A stretch of DNA of 64,000 nucleotides from Gammaproteobacteria bacterium (GTDB lineage Bacteria; Pseudomonadota; Gammaproteobacteria; CAJXQU01): assembly GCA_965238175.1 (NCBI GenBank), contig CBDEGZ010000003.1, positions 1-64,000 on the forward strand, written 5' to 3'. The notes below the pieces were generated by a model that saw nothing but the letters and a program-made list of their open reading frames with translations, had not been told where the DNA came from and did not search any database. Made by a program: the position numbers and the translations under genes. Position 1 is the first letter of the stretch, and each line of letters opens with the position of its first letter. Below are positions 53,295-63,674 of the stretch, piece after piece.

Positions 53295-54071
53295 ATGAAA
53301 CTGAATATCACATTACTCTTAATTGCGGGCAGTTTATTAACCTCACCTTTTACAACGGCAAAGTCAGCTTACATTGTCGATCAACTTCTGGTTGGGTTAC
53401 ACCAAGAAAAAGATACCGGTAGTCCGATTATAAAAGTGCTTTCTACCGCAACAGAGGTTGAGCTTATTTTACGCGAAGGTGATTACGCACAAATCCGTGA
53501 AAAAGAAGAAGGTAAAATAGGTTGGGTAGACGCTTCGTATCTGATGTACGACCGGCCAGCCAAACTGCTTCTCGCTGAACTACAAGAAAAAGTGAAAAAC
53601 TTCGAATCACAAGATAGCACTCAAGCATTATTCGCTATGCAAGCGCAACACGAACAAAACTCAAAAGAACTGACCCAACAAATAGACGATCTAACACAAA
53701 GTCTTTCCTCCGAAAAACTCAAAGCAGGTGAATTGGAAGCAGCCATTTCACAACACGAAAAAAAGATCGCCCAAATGGAAGCCAGCATCTCGAATGATGA
53801 AGAACAAAATAATGATTCCAAAGTAACCGAACTAGAAAAACAAGTCAGCGAGCTACAAGCACAACTTGAAAATTCTCATAGCAAAGTTACTGATCAAATG
53901 GGTAATGTACTCACATCAACAGGTTTACCGTCAATGTCAGAAATATTAAATCTGCTCAAAAATAGATTCATACAAATTTCTTTTGCTGTTCTGGCTCTTA
54001 TCGCCTTCTTTGTTGGTCGTCGTTGGGAAGACCATAAAATCAGAAAACGACATGGAGGATTTAGAATATAG
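53295..54071 (+). CDS. SH3-type domain / coiled-coil membrane-anchored protein
   Basis: Signal peptide; GKIGWVDASYL; coiled coil; C-terminal TM plus RKRHGGFRI. Confidence 0.75.
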   Translation: MKLNITLLLIAGSLLTSPFTTAKSAYIVDQLLVGLHQEKDTGSPIIKVLSTATEVELILREGDYAQIREKEEGKIGWVDASYLMYDRPAKLLLAELQEKVKNFESQDSTQALFAMQAQHEQNSKELTQQIDDLTQSLSSEKLKAGELEAAISQHEKKIAQMEASISNDEEQNNDSKVTELEKQVSELQAQLENSHSKVTDQMGNVLTSTGLPSMSEILNLLKNRFIQISFAVLALIAFFVGRRWEDHKIRKRHGGFRI

Positions 54072-54113
54072 TGAGGCCATAGCAATAATGACCCAAAGCA
54101 GCGTATTTTACTA

Positions 54114-54205
54114 ATCGAATGAGGTAGGTTATAGGTTAAATCACTCGCGATACTTCTCGGTTTGCGCGGAAATGTCGGGAGACAATGATTTCGGTTAAAA
54201 TCGAT
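54114..54205. repeat. Dispersed structured repeat, copy 2
   Basis: Aligns with 2519-2603, with substitutions and a short insertion. Confidence 0.85.
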
Positions 54206-54244
54206 GATTCTGCTGGAGTCTCTAGTAAATAAAATAACCCCAGA

Positions 54245-54465
54245 TCATATATGGACTCCACCACCCTATAGTCGTAGATTGGTACCTACAAAAACCAAAG
54301 GAGTCCAACCATGAATAATCGACCAATCATTTCGCTCGACTTAGCAAAAAAGTGACCCCAAGTTGTAAAGTTAATAAAACAAGGCAAGCTGTTAACTAAT
54401 TAAGGCCATGTCACCTATAAAGGTCAAAGAATTACTCGCCAAAAGTTCCCCTTATATCGTTGGAA
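54245..54465 (+). pseudogene. Remnant left end and 5' fragment of a different IS110/IS1111 element
   Basis: atggactccaccacc IR-like end; GGAG RBS; ATG 54311 MNNRPIISLDLAKK* then frameshifted QGKLL...VKELLAK...IVG. Confidence 0.7.
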
Positions 54466-54575
54466 AATGTACTAAAATTTTCATAATGTAAACAATTTTA
54501 AATACATGGAATAAATTTTAGAAATTCATTCCCACCTGGTTTATCTCTGATAGCGAGTAAGGTAATGTTTATTAC

Positions 54576-55622
54576 ATGACTACTCAAAACACAGATCCCA
54601 CATCAAACAATTCTTTTTTTAAGATCATTTTTTTCAATATTTGTATTCTCTCTTTTTTGGTTCTTATTCTTTTGGGGATCTTCGAAGCATATTTAAGAAT
54701 CACTATTCCAGAATTATCTAGCGAATCAATTTTCACTTATACGCTGGACACTAAACGATATAAATTAATGAAGAAAGATGCCAGCATTATTGCATGGGGT
54801 GAAGAGCTACGCACGAATGAATTAGGGTTTAGAGATAATCAGACAGCTGTTCCTGATAAACGATCAGACGAATTCCGAGTGGTTGTTTTGGGGGATTCGT
54901 TTACGGTTTCTGCTGGGGTCAATTTTGACTCTATCTATACGACATTGTTAGAAAAAAATCTGCAAAAACAATTTAAGAATATCGAAGTGATGAATCTTGC
55001 GGTAGCTGGTTATAACATTGTTCAATATGAAATGGTACTGAATGAGGTTGCCCTGGATCTAAGACCTGATCTAATATTAGTCTCGGTTTTTCCAAGCAAT
55101 GATTTTAGTATGACAATCTACGATAATAATTTTCTCATTGCTAGAGGAGAAGATGTTAAACAAGAAGAGATATTCTGGTTTAGAAAATCCTATGTTTACC
55201 GGGCCTTTTTGTGGCGAGTTAAGAGCAAACTTAAAAGTCTTTTTGTTAGACCTGTTAAAAATGAATCCCAAATTGCTGAAGCGAGGAAAGAAAGTGAGCG
55301 TGGTTGGATGGAGAACTTAGCTGCATTAAATCGGATCCTAAAAACTGCACAAGAAAAGAATATTCCCACCGTGGTTACTTTGTTGCCTGATAGCTGGAGT
55401 TATGAGGCACAACATAAATCAATTGATCGAATTAAAACATATTTATCAAAGAGAAATGTTGAGCCTGTTGTCTTACTATATCCTTTTATCGAAAGCGGAA
55501 TTAAAGAACCAGAGCTTCGGGTAAACCTGCTCGACAGTCATCCGAACAAACAATATAACATTCTGGTTTCCGAAACTTTGACACCATATCTAGGCAAGAT
55601 CATTTCTGAGAACATCAATTAA
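54576..55622 (+). CDS. SGNH/GDSL hydrolase family membrane-anchored protein
   Basis: NELGFRD; LGDSFT; NLAVAGY; DSHPN. Confidence 0.9.
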   Translation: MTTQNTDPTSNNSFFKIIFFNICILSFLVLILLGIFEAYLRITIPELSSESIFTYTLDTKRYKLMKKDASIIAWGEELRTNELGFRDNQTAVPDKRSDEFRVVVLGDSFTVSAGVNFDSIYTTLLEKNLQKQFKNIEVMNLAVAGYNIVQYEMVLNEVALDLRPDLILVSVFPSNDFSMTIYDNNFLIARGEDVKQEEIFWFRKSYVYRAFLWRVKSKLKSLFVRPVKNESQIAEARKESERGWMENLAALNRILKTAQEKNIPTVVTLLPDSWSYEAQHKSIDRIKTYLSKRNVEPVVLLYPFIESGIKEPELRVNLLDSHPNKQYNILVSETLTPYLGKIISENIN

Positions 55623-55751
55623 AATGTACAATCAAAAAAAAACTATTTTTTGGCCAAAGTTAAATTGCGTTAACCTTTGTTGCACACCAAATTATTACAA
55701 AAATTTCTGTGATAAACTCGTCTTACATTGGAAGTGAACAAGAGGATCTGC

Positions 55752-57596
55752 ATGGAAGTATATATTCTTGGTTTATCGGCTTATTATCATGATAGCGCAG
55801 CAGCGTTAATCAAAGATGGTAAAATTGTCGCAGCAGCACAAGAGGAACGTTTTACCCGTAAAAAACATGATCCAAGCTTTCCAGATAATGCAATCAAATA
55901 TTGTTTAGAAGAGGCAAGTATTCAACTGTCAGATGTTGATCATGTCATATTTTATGACAAGCCTCTGATCAAATTTGAGCGACTGATCGAAACTTATTTA
56001 AGTTACGCACCAAAAGGGCTACGATCATTTATCACTGCAATGCCTGTTTGGTTGAAAGAAAAACTTTATCTTAAAACGGTTCTTAAAAAAGAGTTATCCA
56101 AAACGGGCAATATCCCTCAAAAAGAATTACCTAATTTATTATTTAATGAGCACCATAAATCACATGCGGCGTCTGCATTTTATCCGAGTCCTTTCGAGAA
56201 TGCAGCGGTTATGTGTCTTGATGGTGTTGGTGAATGGGCAACGTCTTCTGTTTGGTTAGGTGATGGAAGAGAATTGACTCCACAATGGGAGATCGATTTT
56301 CCACATTCACTCGGTTTACTCTACTCAGCATTTACTTACTACACTGGTTTTCGGGTCAATTCTGGTGAGTACAAACTCATGGGACTGGCTCCTTATGGAG
56401 AGCCAAAATACGTCGATTTGATCCTCGATAATTTGATCGATGTTAAAGAAGACGGTAGCTATCGCCTGAACATGGAATATTTTGATTATGCCATTGGCTT
56501 GACCATGACGAATCAAAAATTTAGTGACTTATTCGGCGTACCCGTCAGAGCTCCAGAAAGTCCACTTAGTCAACATGAAATGGATATTGCGCGATCAATT
56601 CAGGTCGTGACTGAAGACATCGTTTTAAAACTCGCAAGATCGGTGCATAAAGAATTAGGCGTTGATAACTTATGTCTTGCCGGTGGCGTCGCTTTGAACT
56701 GCGTATCTAATGGACGACTATTGCGAGAAGGACCTTTTAAAGAAATCTGGATCCAACCTGCAGCAGGCGATGCGGGTGGTGCAATCGGTGCGGCACTTTC
56801 AGTTTGGTATGAATATTTAGGGAATGAACGCACCGTTGATGAAAATGATTCTATGCAGGGTTCTTATTTAGGACCCCGCTATAGCAATAATGAAATCAAA
56901 GAATCGCTGAATGCATTGGGTGCTAATTATCGTTATCTGGATAGCGATGAATTAATGCCTGAATTAGCGGAAATTCTGGATAATGGAAATGTTATTGGTT
57001 GGATGCAGGGCAGAATGGAGTTTGGCCCACGAGCATTAGGCGGTCGCTCAATTATTGGAGATCCAAGAAATACTCAAATGCAATCAACGATGAATCTTAA
57101 GATCAAATATCGTGAGTCTTTTCGTCCGTTTGCACCTTCGATACTAGCGGATCGTGTTTCAGACTATTTTGAGCATGAGGCGACAAGTCCTTATATGTTG
57201 ATGGTTGCGCCGGTTGCTAAAAATCTACGGGTCAAAATGACAGAAGAAGAGGAGAAATTATTTGGCGTCGAAAAACTGAAAATACCACGCTCAGAACTCC
57301 CGGCAATTACCCATGTAGATTATTCTGCACGGATCCAAACTGTACATGAGCATACAAATCCTGGTTATCATCAACTGTTAACCGCGTTTGATCAGCGCAC
57401 GGGCTGCCCTGTTTTGGTCAATACATCTTTCAATGTGCGCGGTGAACCGATCGTTAATACCCCAGAAGATGCTTATCGTTGTTTTATGCGTACTGAAATG
57501 GACTGCCTGGTAATTGAAAACTACATCTTACTAAAAAAAGATCAGCCTGAAATGGAAAAAGATGACTCCTGGAAAGAAGAATTCGAGCTGGATTGA
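55752..57596 (+). CDS. O-carbamoyltransferase (NodU/CmcH/SxtI family)
   Basis: YHDSAA; EERFTRKKH; HHKSHAAS; GEYKLMGLA; EFGPRALG; NTSFN. Confidence 0.95.
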   Translation: MEVYILGLSAYYHDSAAALIKDGKIVAAAQEERFTRKKHDPSFPDNAIKYCLEEASIQLSDVDHVIFYDKPLIKFERLIETYLSYAPKGLRSFITAMPVWLKEKLYLKTVLKKELSKTGNIPQKELPNLLFNEHHKSHAASAFYPSPFENAAVMCLDGVGEWATSSVWLGDGRELTPQWEIDFPHSLGLLYSAFTYYTGFRVNSGEYKLMGLAPYGEPKYVDLILDNLIDVKEDGSYRLNMEYFDYAIGLTMTNQKFSDLFGVPVRAPESPLSQHEMDIARSIQVVTEDIVLKLARSVHKELGVDNLCLAGGVALNCVSNGRLLREGPFKEIWIQPAAGDAGGAIGAALSVWYEYLGNERTVDENDSMQGSYLGPRYSNNEIKESLNALGANYRYLDSDELMPELAEILDNGNVIGWMQGRMEFGPRALGGRSIIGDPRNTQMQSTMNLKIKYRESFRPFAPSILADRVSDYFEHEATSPYMLMVAPVAKNLRVKMTEEEEKLFGVEKLKIPRSELPAITHVDYSARIQTVHEHTNPGYHQLLTAFDQRTGCPVLVNTSFNVRGEPIVNTPEDAYRCFMRTEMDCLVIENYILLKKDQPEMEKDDSWKEEFELD

Positions 57597-57609
57597 GGAG
57601 TAAAAAAAT

Positions 57610-58017
57610 ATGACACATGTAATACCAGAATTAGATAGTAAAGGATTACGCCAATTTGGTTTGATGGCAGCAGGATTTTTTGCCGGTATATTTGGTTTGA
57701 TTTTGCCTTGGCTTGCAGATGCAAATATTCCAACCTGGCCATGGGTACTGGCAGCTATTTTTGTGGCCTGGGCTTTACTCGCTCCAGCGACAATAGAGCC
57801 GCTATATAAAGTTTGGATGAAAGTCGCTATGTTTATAGGCGGCATTATCAATAAGATTGTGCTTTCGATCGCCTTCTTTGGCGTATTACTTCCAATTGGA
57901 TTGATATTACGTTTGACAGGCAACAAACCAATAAAAAATGAACTAGATGAAAATATTAAAAGTTATCGTGTACTGAGTGTTTTGGACAAACGCGAAAAAA
58001 TGGAGAAACCTTTCTAA
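57610..58017 (+). CDS. SxtJ family membrane protein
   Basis: LRQFG...PLYKVWMK...C-terminal MEKPF; follows the carbamoyltransferase. Confidence 0.85.
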   Translation: MTHVIPELDSKGLRQFGLMAAGFFAGIFGLILPWLADANIPTWPWVLAAIFVAWALLAPATIEPLYKVWMKVAMFIGGIINKIVLSIAFFGVLLPIGLILRLTGNKPIKNELDENIKSYRVLSVLDKREKMEKPF

Positions 58018-58169
58018 TGATAGATCTAATACAAGACTTATGGGCGTTTATGAAGGAACGAAAAAAATTCTGGATGGCTCCATTAATAATGGTTTTATTA
58101 CTGCTAGGTGCATTGATTGTTTTTGTTCAAGGCTCAGCGGTCGCGCCTTTCATATACACCTTATTTTAG
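58017..58169 (+). CDS. DUF5989 (SxtK-like) 50-aa membrane peptide, not in the ORF track
   Basis: MIDLIQDLWAFMKERKKFWMAP...GSAVAPFIYTLF; TAATG coupling. Confidence 0.9.
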   Translation: MIDLIQDLWAFMKERKKFWMAPLIMVLLLLGALIVFVQGSAVAPFIYTLF

Positions 58170-58183
58170 AAAGTAGTGACGAG

Positions 58184-58217
58184 TGGATAGCATCCGACAA
58201 GGGGGCTATCCATTTTT
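58184..58217 (+). terminator. Possible intrinsic terminator
   Basis: tggatagc...gctatcca followed by ttttt. Confidence 0.5.
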
Positions 58218-58276
58218 GATAGTTTGTTTTCATAGATCAGAACTTATCTTTTTCTTAATATGGAGATAAGTGTCGA

Positions 58277-58529
58277 TATCCAAACCACTAGCAAATGCAG
58301 ATTTCAGCATGCCCAAGCTGTTATGTAGCAAGGCAGCATACGCCGAGAATGGTGTTCATTTTCAAGTATGCTAACACGGTGGTGTGACACTTGGCCTCGG
58401 CTTGTGAGTAAAGCTATCGGTCGCTGCGTTGTGTCTTTTGAAAAGGAACCACCCTTTCCTGCAGGACACGCCTTACCAGCAAGACCGATAGCTTCACTGA
58501 AAACTGCATTTGTTAGTAGTTTGGGTATA
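58277..58529. repeat. Long composite ERIC-like element upstream of deaD
   Basis: IR tatccaaaccactagcaaatgcag / ctgcatttgttagtagtttgggtata; two internal caaggc...aac modules in opposite orientation. Confidence 0.82.
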
Positions 58530-58632
58530 AATTGTTTCATGGTACTATCCTCCGAATTAGATCCCGATTCTCAATAGTTCAGCGTAATTCTTAAACATTT
58601 CACGCGTTCCATTTATTTCAGGTACAAACAAC

Positions 58633-60426
58633 ATGACCAGCGACACGGTTACTGCGTTTAATCAATTAGCGCTAGATAAATCTCTTTTAAAAGCATTGGA
58701 TGATGTGGGATATGAAACACCTTCGCCGATCCAGGCAGAAACAATTCCCCTCATATTAGACGGTAAAGATATTATTGGGCAGGCTCAAACAGGCACCGGT
58801 AAAACTGCTGCTTTCGCCTTACCCTTTTTATCAAATCTTGATCTAAAACAAAAAGATCCACAGGTGCTTGTTTTAGCACCTACGCGAGAGCTGGCTATTC
58901 AAGTTTCTGAAGCCTTTCAAAAATATGCACGCCATTTGAAAGGTTTTCATGTTCTTCCTGTCTACGGCGGTCAGGAATATGGGGGCCAGATCCGTAGTTT
59001 AAAACGGGGTGTTCATGTGGTGGTTGGAACACCTGGACGCATTATGGATCACATGCGCAAAGGCACTTTAAAACTGGATAACCTAAAAGCTCTGGTTTTG
59101 GATGAAGCCGATGAAATGCTGCGAATGGGTTTTATCGATGATGTCGAATGGGTACTTGAACAGACACCATCAACCAGGCAGATAGCGTTATTTTCGGCAA
59201 CAATGCCTCAACAGATCCGACGTATTGCCACAAAATATTTAAATAACCCAGAACAAATCACCATTAAGGTTAAGACGACAACAGCAGAAACTATTCGACA
59301 GCGTTATTGTATCGTCAATGGAATGAATAATAAGTTAGAAGCGCTGACGCGAATTCTGGAAGCAGAAACGTTTGAAGCGATGCTCATTTTTGTACGAACC
59401 AAAACCGCCACGGTTGAATTGGCTGAAAAACTGGAAGCACGAGGCTATGCAGCTGCGGCACTCAATGGTGATATAGCGCAAAATCTACGCGAACGAACCG
59501 TCAATCGTTTGAAAAAAGGGCAGTTGGATCTATTAGTTGCAACTGATGTTGCTGCTCGTGGCCTTGATGTTGAAAGGATCAGCCATGTGATAAATTTTGA
59601 TATTCCACATGACACCGAATCCTACGTGCATCGTATCGGAAGAACTGGGCGTGCTGGTCGCGAAGGTGATGCTATTTTATTTGCTGCACCGCGTGAAAAA
59701 CGCATGTTAGGTGCCATCGAAAAGGCGACACGAAAAAAGATCGAACAAATGGAGCTTCCGTCTACTGATGCGATCAATCAAAGGAGAGTTGTTCAGTTTA
59801 AGCAACGTATTTCCGATACATTAGAGTCAGAAAATTTGAAATTTTTCTCTAATTTGATCGGAGAATATCAACAGGAAAGCAATGCATCCGGCGAAGATAT
59901 TGCCGCAGCACTTGCTCATCTTTTACAAGGTGATACACCATTCCTTTTGAAGAATCTTCCTCCACAGAAAAAATCTCAGAAACAAGAAGGTAACAATCGA
60001 ACTAAAGACAGAGGCGATCAAAAACCACGTAAAGATCGTGATCGATCTAAATCACCAAGGAAAGATGATTCTCCGCTTGAAGAAGGTATGCAGCGCTACC
60101 GCTTAGAAGTTGGAAACAATCATGATGTTCGTCCGGCAAATATTGTTGGCGCGATTGCAAATGAAGCAGGGATTGATAGCCAATATATAGGTAGGATCAG
60201 TATTCGTGATGATTACAGTGTGGTTGATTTGCCCGAAGGTATGCCCAAAGAAATTTTTAATGATCTGAAAAAAGCTTGGGTATCTGGTCAGCGACTGAAC
60301 ATTTCAATTTTTTCTGAAGAAAGAAATTCGAGTAACCCAAGAAGAAAACCTTCCGGTAATTCGAGCAAAAAACCAAGAAACAAAACGAAAACTAAAGCAA
60401 AACCTGAAAAGAAGAAGTCTTTATAA
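58633..60426 (+). CDS. deaD: DEAD-box RNA helicase DeaD/CsdA
   Basis: AQTGTGKT; DEAD; SAT; HRIGRTGR; DbpA-type RBD. Confidence 0.96.
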   Translation: MTSDTVTAFNQLALDKSLLKALDDVGYETPSPIQAETIPLILDGKDIIGQAQTGTGKTAAFALPFLSNLDLKQKDPQVLVLAPTRELAIQVSEAFQKYARHLKGFHVLPVYGGQEYGGQIRSLKRGVHVVVGTPGRIMDHMRKGTLKLDNLKALVLDEADEMLRMGFIDDVEWVLEQTPSTRQIALFSATMPQQIRRIATKYLNNPEQITIKVKTTTAETIRQRYCIVNGMNNKLEALTRILEAETFEAMLIFVRTKTATVELAEKLEARGYAAAALNGDIAQNLRERTVNRLKKGQLDLLVATDVAARGLDVERISHVINFDIPHDTESYVHRIGRTGRAGREGDAILFAAPREKRMLGAIEKATRKKIEQMELPSTDAINQRRVVQFKQRISDTLESENLKFFSNLIGEYQQESNASGEDIAAALAHLLQGDTPFLLKNLPPQKKSQKQEGNNRTKDRGDQKPRKDRDRSKSPRKDDSPLEEGMQRYRLEVGNNHDVRPANIVGAIANEAGIDSQYIGRISIRDDYSVVDLPEGMPKEIFNDLKKAWVSGQRLNISIFSEERNSSNPRRKPSGNSSKKPRNKTKTKAKPEKKKSL

Positions 60427-60457
60427 AAAGGCCGATTAATTTTCTATTTTACTGGCA

Positions 60458-61060
60458 TTATTTTCTGATGCTGGACTTTAACGCGAGGCGAATAATTTCT
60501 TCGCTGCTGAGTCCATCGATTTCAAGTTCTGCAACCGTACGACTCGCTTCTTGTGGTTTAAAACCCAGAGAAATCAGAGCGCTGATTGCATCATTTTCTG
60601 CTGAAGCAGAAGTTATTTTTTGACCTGTTGAAGCCGCATTTGCAAGTTTTATTTCCCAGTCATCGAGTCGATCTCGCATTTCCACAATAAGGCGATCAGC
60701 AGTTTTCTTACCGATGCCTGGAAGTTTGATTAACCGAGCAGAATCTTTTTTGTGGATACACACGGCAAACTCTTGGGCCTCGATTCCGGAAAGTATTCCT
60801 AACGCTACTTTTGCACCGACACCATTTACTTTAATCAAGGTTCGGAACAGACGCCGTTCGTCTTCCGTGAAAAATCCAAATAATAATTGTGCGTCTTCTC
60901 TAACGACAAGGTGAGTGAATAATTGAACTTCTTGATTAATTTCTGGCAGCTTATAAAACGTCGTCATCGGTGTTTCTACTTCGTAACCCACGCCACCCAC
61001 ATCGATCAATAAATGTGGTGGTTGTTTCTCAAGTAGCAAACCTTTAAGTCGACCAATCAT
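60458..61060 (-). CDS. ruvA: Holliday junction branch migration protein RuvA
   Basis: MIGRLKG; [14 protein letters not shown]; GIGKKTA; ATGA overlap with ruvC. Confidence 0.97.
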   Translation of the reverse strand: MIGRLKGLLLEKQPPHLLIDVGGVGYEVETPMTTFYKLPEINQEVQLFTHLVVREDAQLLFGFFTEDERRLFRTLIKVNGVGAKVALGILSGIEAQEFAVCIHKKDSARLIKLPGIGKKTADRLIVEMRDRLDDWEIKLANAASTGQKITSASAENDAISALISLGFKPQEASRTVAELEIDGLSSEEIIRLALKSSIRK

Positions 61061-61572
61061 GCGGAATTTCTCATTAATAATGCAGATTGTCGAGAATGAG
61101 CATGACAAACGGCGACTGCCAGTGCATCAGCTTGATCTTCCTGAGGTGCTTTGGCAAGCAACAACAACATTTTGATCATATGTTGGACTTGTGATTTGTC
61201 TGCATGTCCACGTCCAACGATTGATTGTTTAATCCGGTTTGGACTATATTCAAAAACTTCGAGATCACCCTGCATTGCAGCAACCATCGCCGCTCCTCGT
61301 GCTTGACCTAATTTGAGAGCAGAATCCGCGTTTTTATTCATAAAGACCTTTTCGATAGCCAACTCTTGTGGCTGATATTTTTCCATCAGCACAGAAACTT
61401 CAATAAAGATCTCTTTTAATCTTGTCGAGAATTCGCTATCTTTAGAGGTTCTTATACACCCGCTGTGAACGTGCGTATTTTTTTGACCTTGTACATCAAT
61501 GATCCCGAATCCAGTAATACGAGACCCTGGATCAATTCCTAAAATTCTTACAGGTAATGTGTCTGGCTTCAA
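61057..61572 (-). CDS. ruvC: Holliday junction resolvase RuvC
   Basis: ILGIDPGS; LKLGQARG; DQADALA. Confidence 0.97.
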   Translation of the reverse strand: MKPDTLPVRILGIDPGSRITGFGIIDVQGQKNTHVHSGCIRTSKDSEFSTRLKEIFIEVSVLMEKYQPQELAIEKVFMNKNADSALKLGQARGAAMVAAMQGDLEVFEYSPNRIKQSIVGRGHADKSQVQHMIKMLLLLAKAPQEDQADALAVAVCHAHSRQSALLMRNSA

Positions 61573-61593
61573 CCCAATTCAACCCAATTCAAA

Positions 61594-62340
61594 TTAACCA
61601 AGGGACTCCAAGATTTCGTCACTGATTTCCGCATTTGAATAAACTTCTTGAACATCGTCCAGATCTTCAAGCATGTCAGTTAATTTCATCATTGTCTCTG
61701 CCTGGCCTTGATCCAAATCAACAGTCGTTGCGGCCCGCATCGTAACTTCAGCCATATCAGAAGTCAGGCTGGCAGTATCAAGTGCATCTTTTACTACACC
61801 AAATTCTTCAGGGCTTGTGATGACTTCAATAGAACCATCTTCTTCATTAACGACATCGTCGGCACCACCGTCCAGCGCGGCTTCCATAACGGCATCTTCG
61901 TCGGCACCTGGCGCAAAACTAATCACACCAATTTTACTGAAGAGGTAGGCAACCGAACCATCTGTACCCATGTTCCCACCAAACTTTGTGAAAGCATGAC
62001 GTACTTCGGCTACTGTTCGGTTTTTATTATCGGTCATGCAGTCGACCATTACTGCAACTCCACCCGGACCGTAACCCTCATAACGAACCTCCTCCATATT
62101 GTCGTTATCTTCATTGCCCGCACCTCTTTTAACCGCACGTTCGATCGTATCTTTGGTCATGTTTTGAGAAAGAGCAGCATCAATTGCCGCGCGTAGTCGT
62201 GGATTGCTACCGGGATCTTCACCACCCATCTTTGCTGCTACAGTGATCTCGCGGATTAGTTTAGTAAAAATTTTACCGCGTTTGGCATCTTGACGCCCTT
62301 TTCGATGTTTGATGTTTGCCCATTTACTATGACCTGCCAT
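61594..62340 (-). CDS. yebC: YebC/PmpR family protein
   Basis: [15 protein letters not shown]; YEGYGPGG. Confidence 0.96.
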   Translation of the reverse strand: MAGHSKWANIKHRKGRQDAKRGKIFTKLIREITVAAKMGGEDPGSNPRLRAAIDAALSQNMTKDTIERAVKRGAGNEDNDNMEEVRYEGYGPGGVAVMVDCMTDNKNRTVAEVRHAFTKFGGNMGTDGSVAYLFSKIGVISFAPGADEDAVMEAALDGGADDVVNEEDGSIEVITSPEEFGVVKDALDTASLTSDMAEVTMRAATTVDLDQGQAETMMKLTDMLEDLDDVQEVYSNAEISDEILESLG

Positions 62341-62789
62341 TTGATCCTCTTCATGCTGTGGTTAAACACGCCGGAAATTGTAACACTGCTCGTGAATGGA
62401 AGAAATTAGCACATGTTATGTCGTAACTAATTGTTTTATTTTCAGTTAAGGTTGACTTTGAATCAGTCCTTATAGCAACTTAAGTTATAAAGATTAAATT
62501 TATTACTTGGAATAGTAATAAATAAAAACCTTGTTTTGTTGGTCTTTGCATTATCATTAGCAGGCACGGCCTTTTCCTAACTGGGTCACCACGGATTTTG
62601 TCCGTACAGGACTATCCGGAACTCATTGCAACATTATTCATTATCTTTATTAACAACAAGTGTAGAGGTCTCCCAATAAAAATAAGCATGAATATTAATG
62701 GCTTCAGCAGATCCAAGAGCTTATTTAAGATTATTTTTTGTAAATTAAAAATGATTCTTGTAAGAGTTTTTTCAAATCAATTCTTCCAT

Positions 62790-63674
62790 TTAATTTGATG
62801 CACGTATCGTCACAATAGAGATTTCTGGTGGCACACGAAAACGTATTGGCAAAATACTTGTTCCTAATCCTGGTGTAACAAATAAATGTCGCGCATTCTC
62901 TATAATATGTCCAATGGCATATCGATCATCATAACGAGAAGGAACAACTAGCCTCCCCAACAGTGGAAGATTCACCTGCCCTCCGTGAGTATGGCCTGCA
63001 ATCGTAAGATCTACTCTATCAGGTATTTCTGGGAATAGATCTGGGTTATGAGTAAATGCAATTATGGATGAACCTTTTGGAACATCAGTTAACGCTTTAT
63101 CAATGTCATGTTCACCCTCCCAAAAATCACTGATCCCTGCCAACCAAAATGTATCCGCATTATTTTGAATAAGAATTGAGCGATCTTCTAAAACAGGAAT
63201 TCCATTATCGATGAACGCTTGAAAAACTTGATCATAATCAAACCACCAATCATGGTTACCCAACACGGCATAAACACCCAAACGTGCTTTAAGTTTTGAA
63301 AGGTATTTGGCACTTTTTTCTGGTGGAATAAAGGTTCCCCCAATCACACCATGAATAACAAAATCTCCAGCAAGTAAGATCAGATCGGGAGATGCAGCAT
63401 TTGTTTCCTGAACAATTCTCTCCAACATTTTAAAGCCATGGTGTGGAGAGCCTGTATGTAAATCTGCCAGTACAGCAATACGTAATGGTTCTTTTTTATA
63501 CCATTTTTGAGTGACTATCTCATATTCTTCTACTTGTAATGAAGAAGGCTCCCACCAGAAAGCCCAAGCTGATAAAAAAACCGCAACGATCAAAAATCCT
63601 GAAATGATTATTTTGAGATTTTTCAATTTAAAAACACTAAAGTTATAATTTCCCCTACATACTATAATAATCAA
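62790..63674 (-). CDS. Calcineurin-like metallophosphoesterase (start probably somewhat downstream of the ORF start)
   Basis: DLH, GD, GNHD and GHTHGGQ motifs; N-terminal TM. Confidence 0.92.
   Translation of the reverse strand: MIIIVCRGNYNFSVFKLKNLKIIISGFLIVAVFLSAWAFWWEPSSLQVEEYEIVTQKWYKKEPLRIAVLADLHTGSPHHGFKMLERIVQETNAASPDLILLAGDFVIHGVIGGTFIPPEKSAKYLSKLKARLGVYAVLGNHDWWFDYDQVFQAFIDNGIPVLEDRSILIQNNADTFWLAGISDFWEGEHDIDKALTDVPKGSSIIAFTHNPDLFPEIPDRVDLTIAGHTHGGQVNLPLLGRLVVPSRYDDRYAIGHIIENARHLFVTPGLGTSILPIRFRVPPEISIVTIRASN

Noticed and set aside
55752-58169. Saxitoxin biosynthesis
   Set aside because: Only sxtI/J/K-like genes are present; the core sxtA, sxtG and sxtB genes are absent from the window.
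58304-58577. Short ORFs on both strands here and at 34936-35121
   Set aside because: They lie within palindromic repeats; no independent coding evidence.
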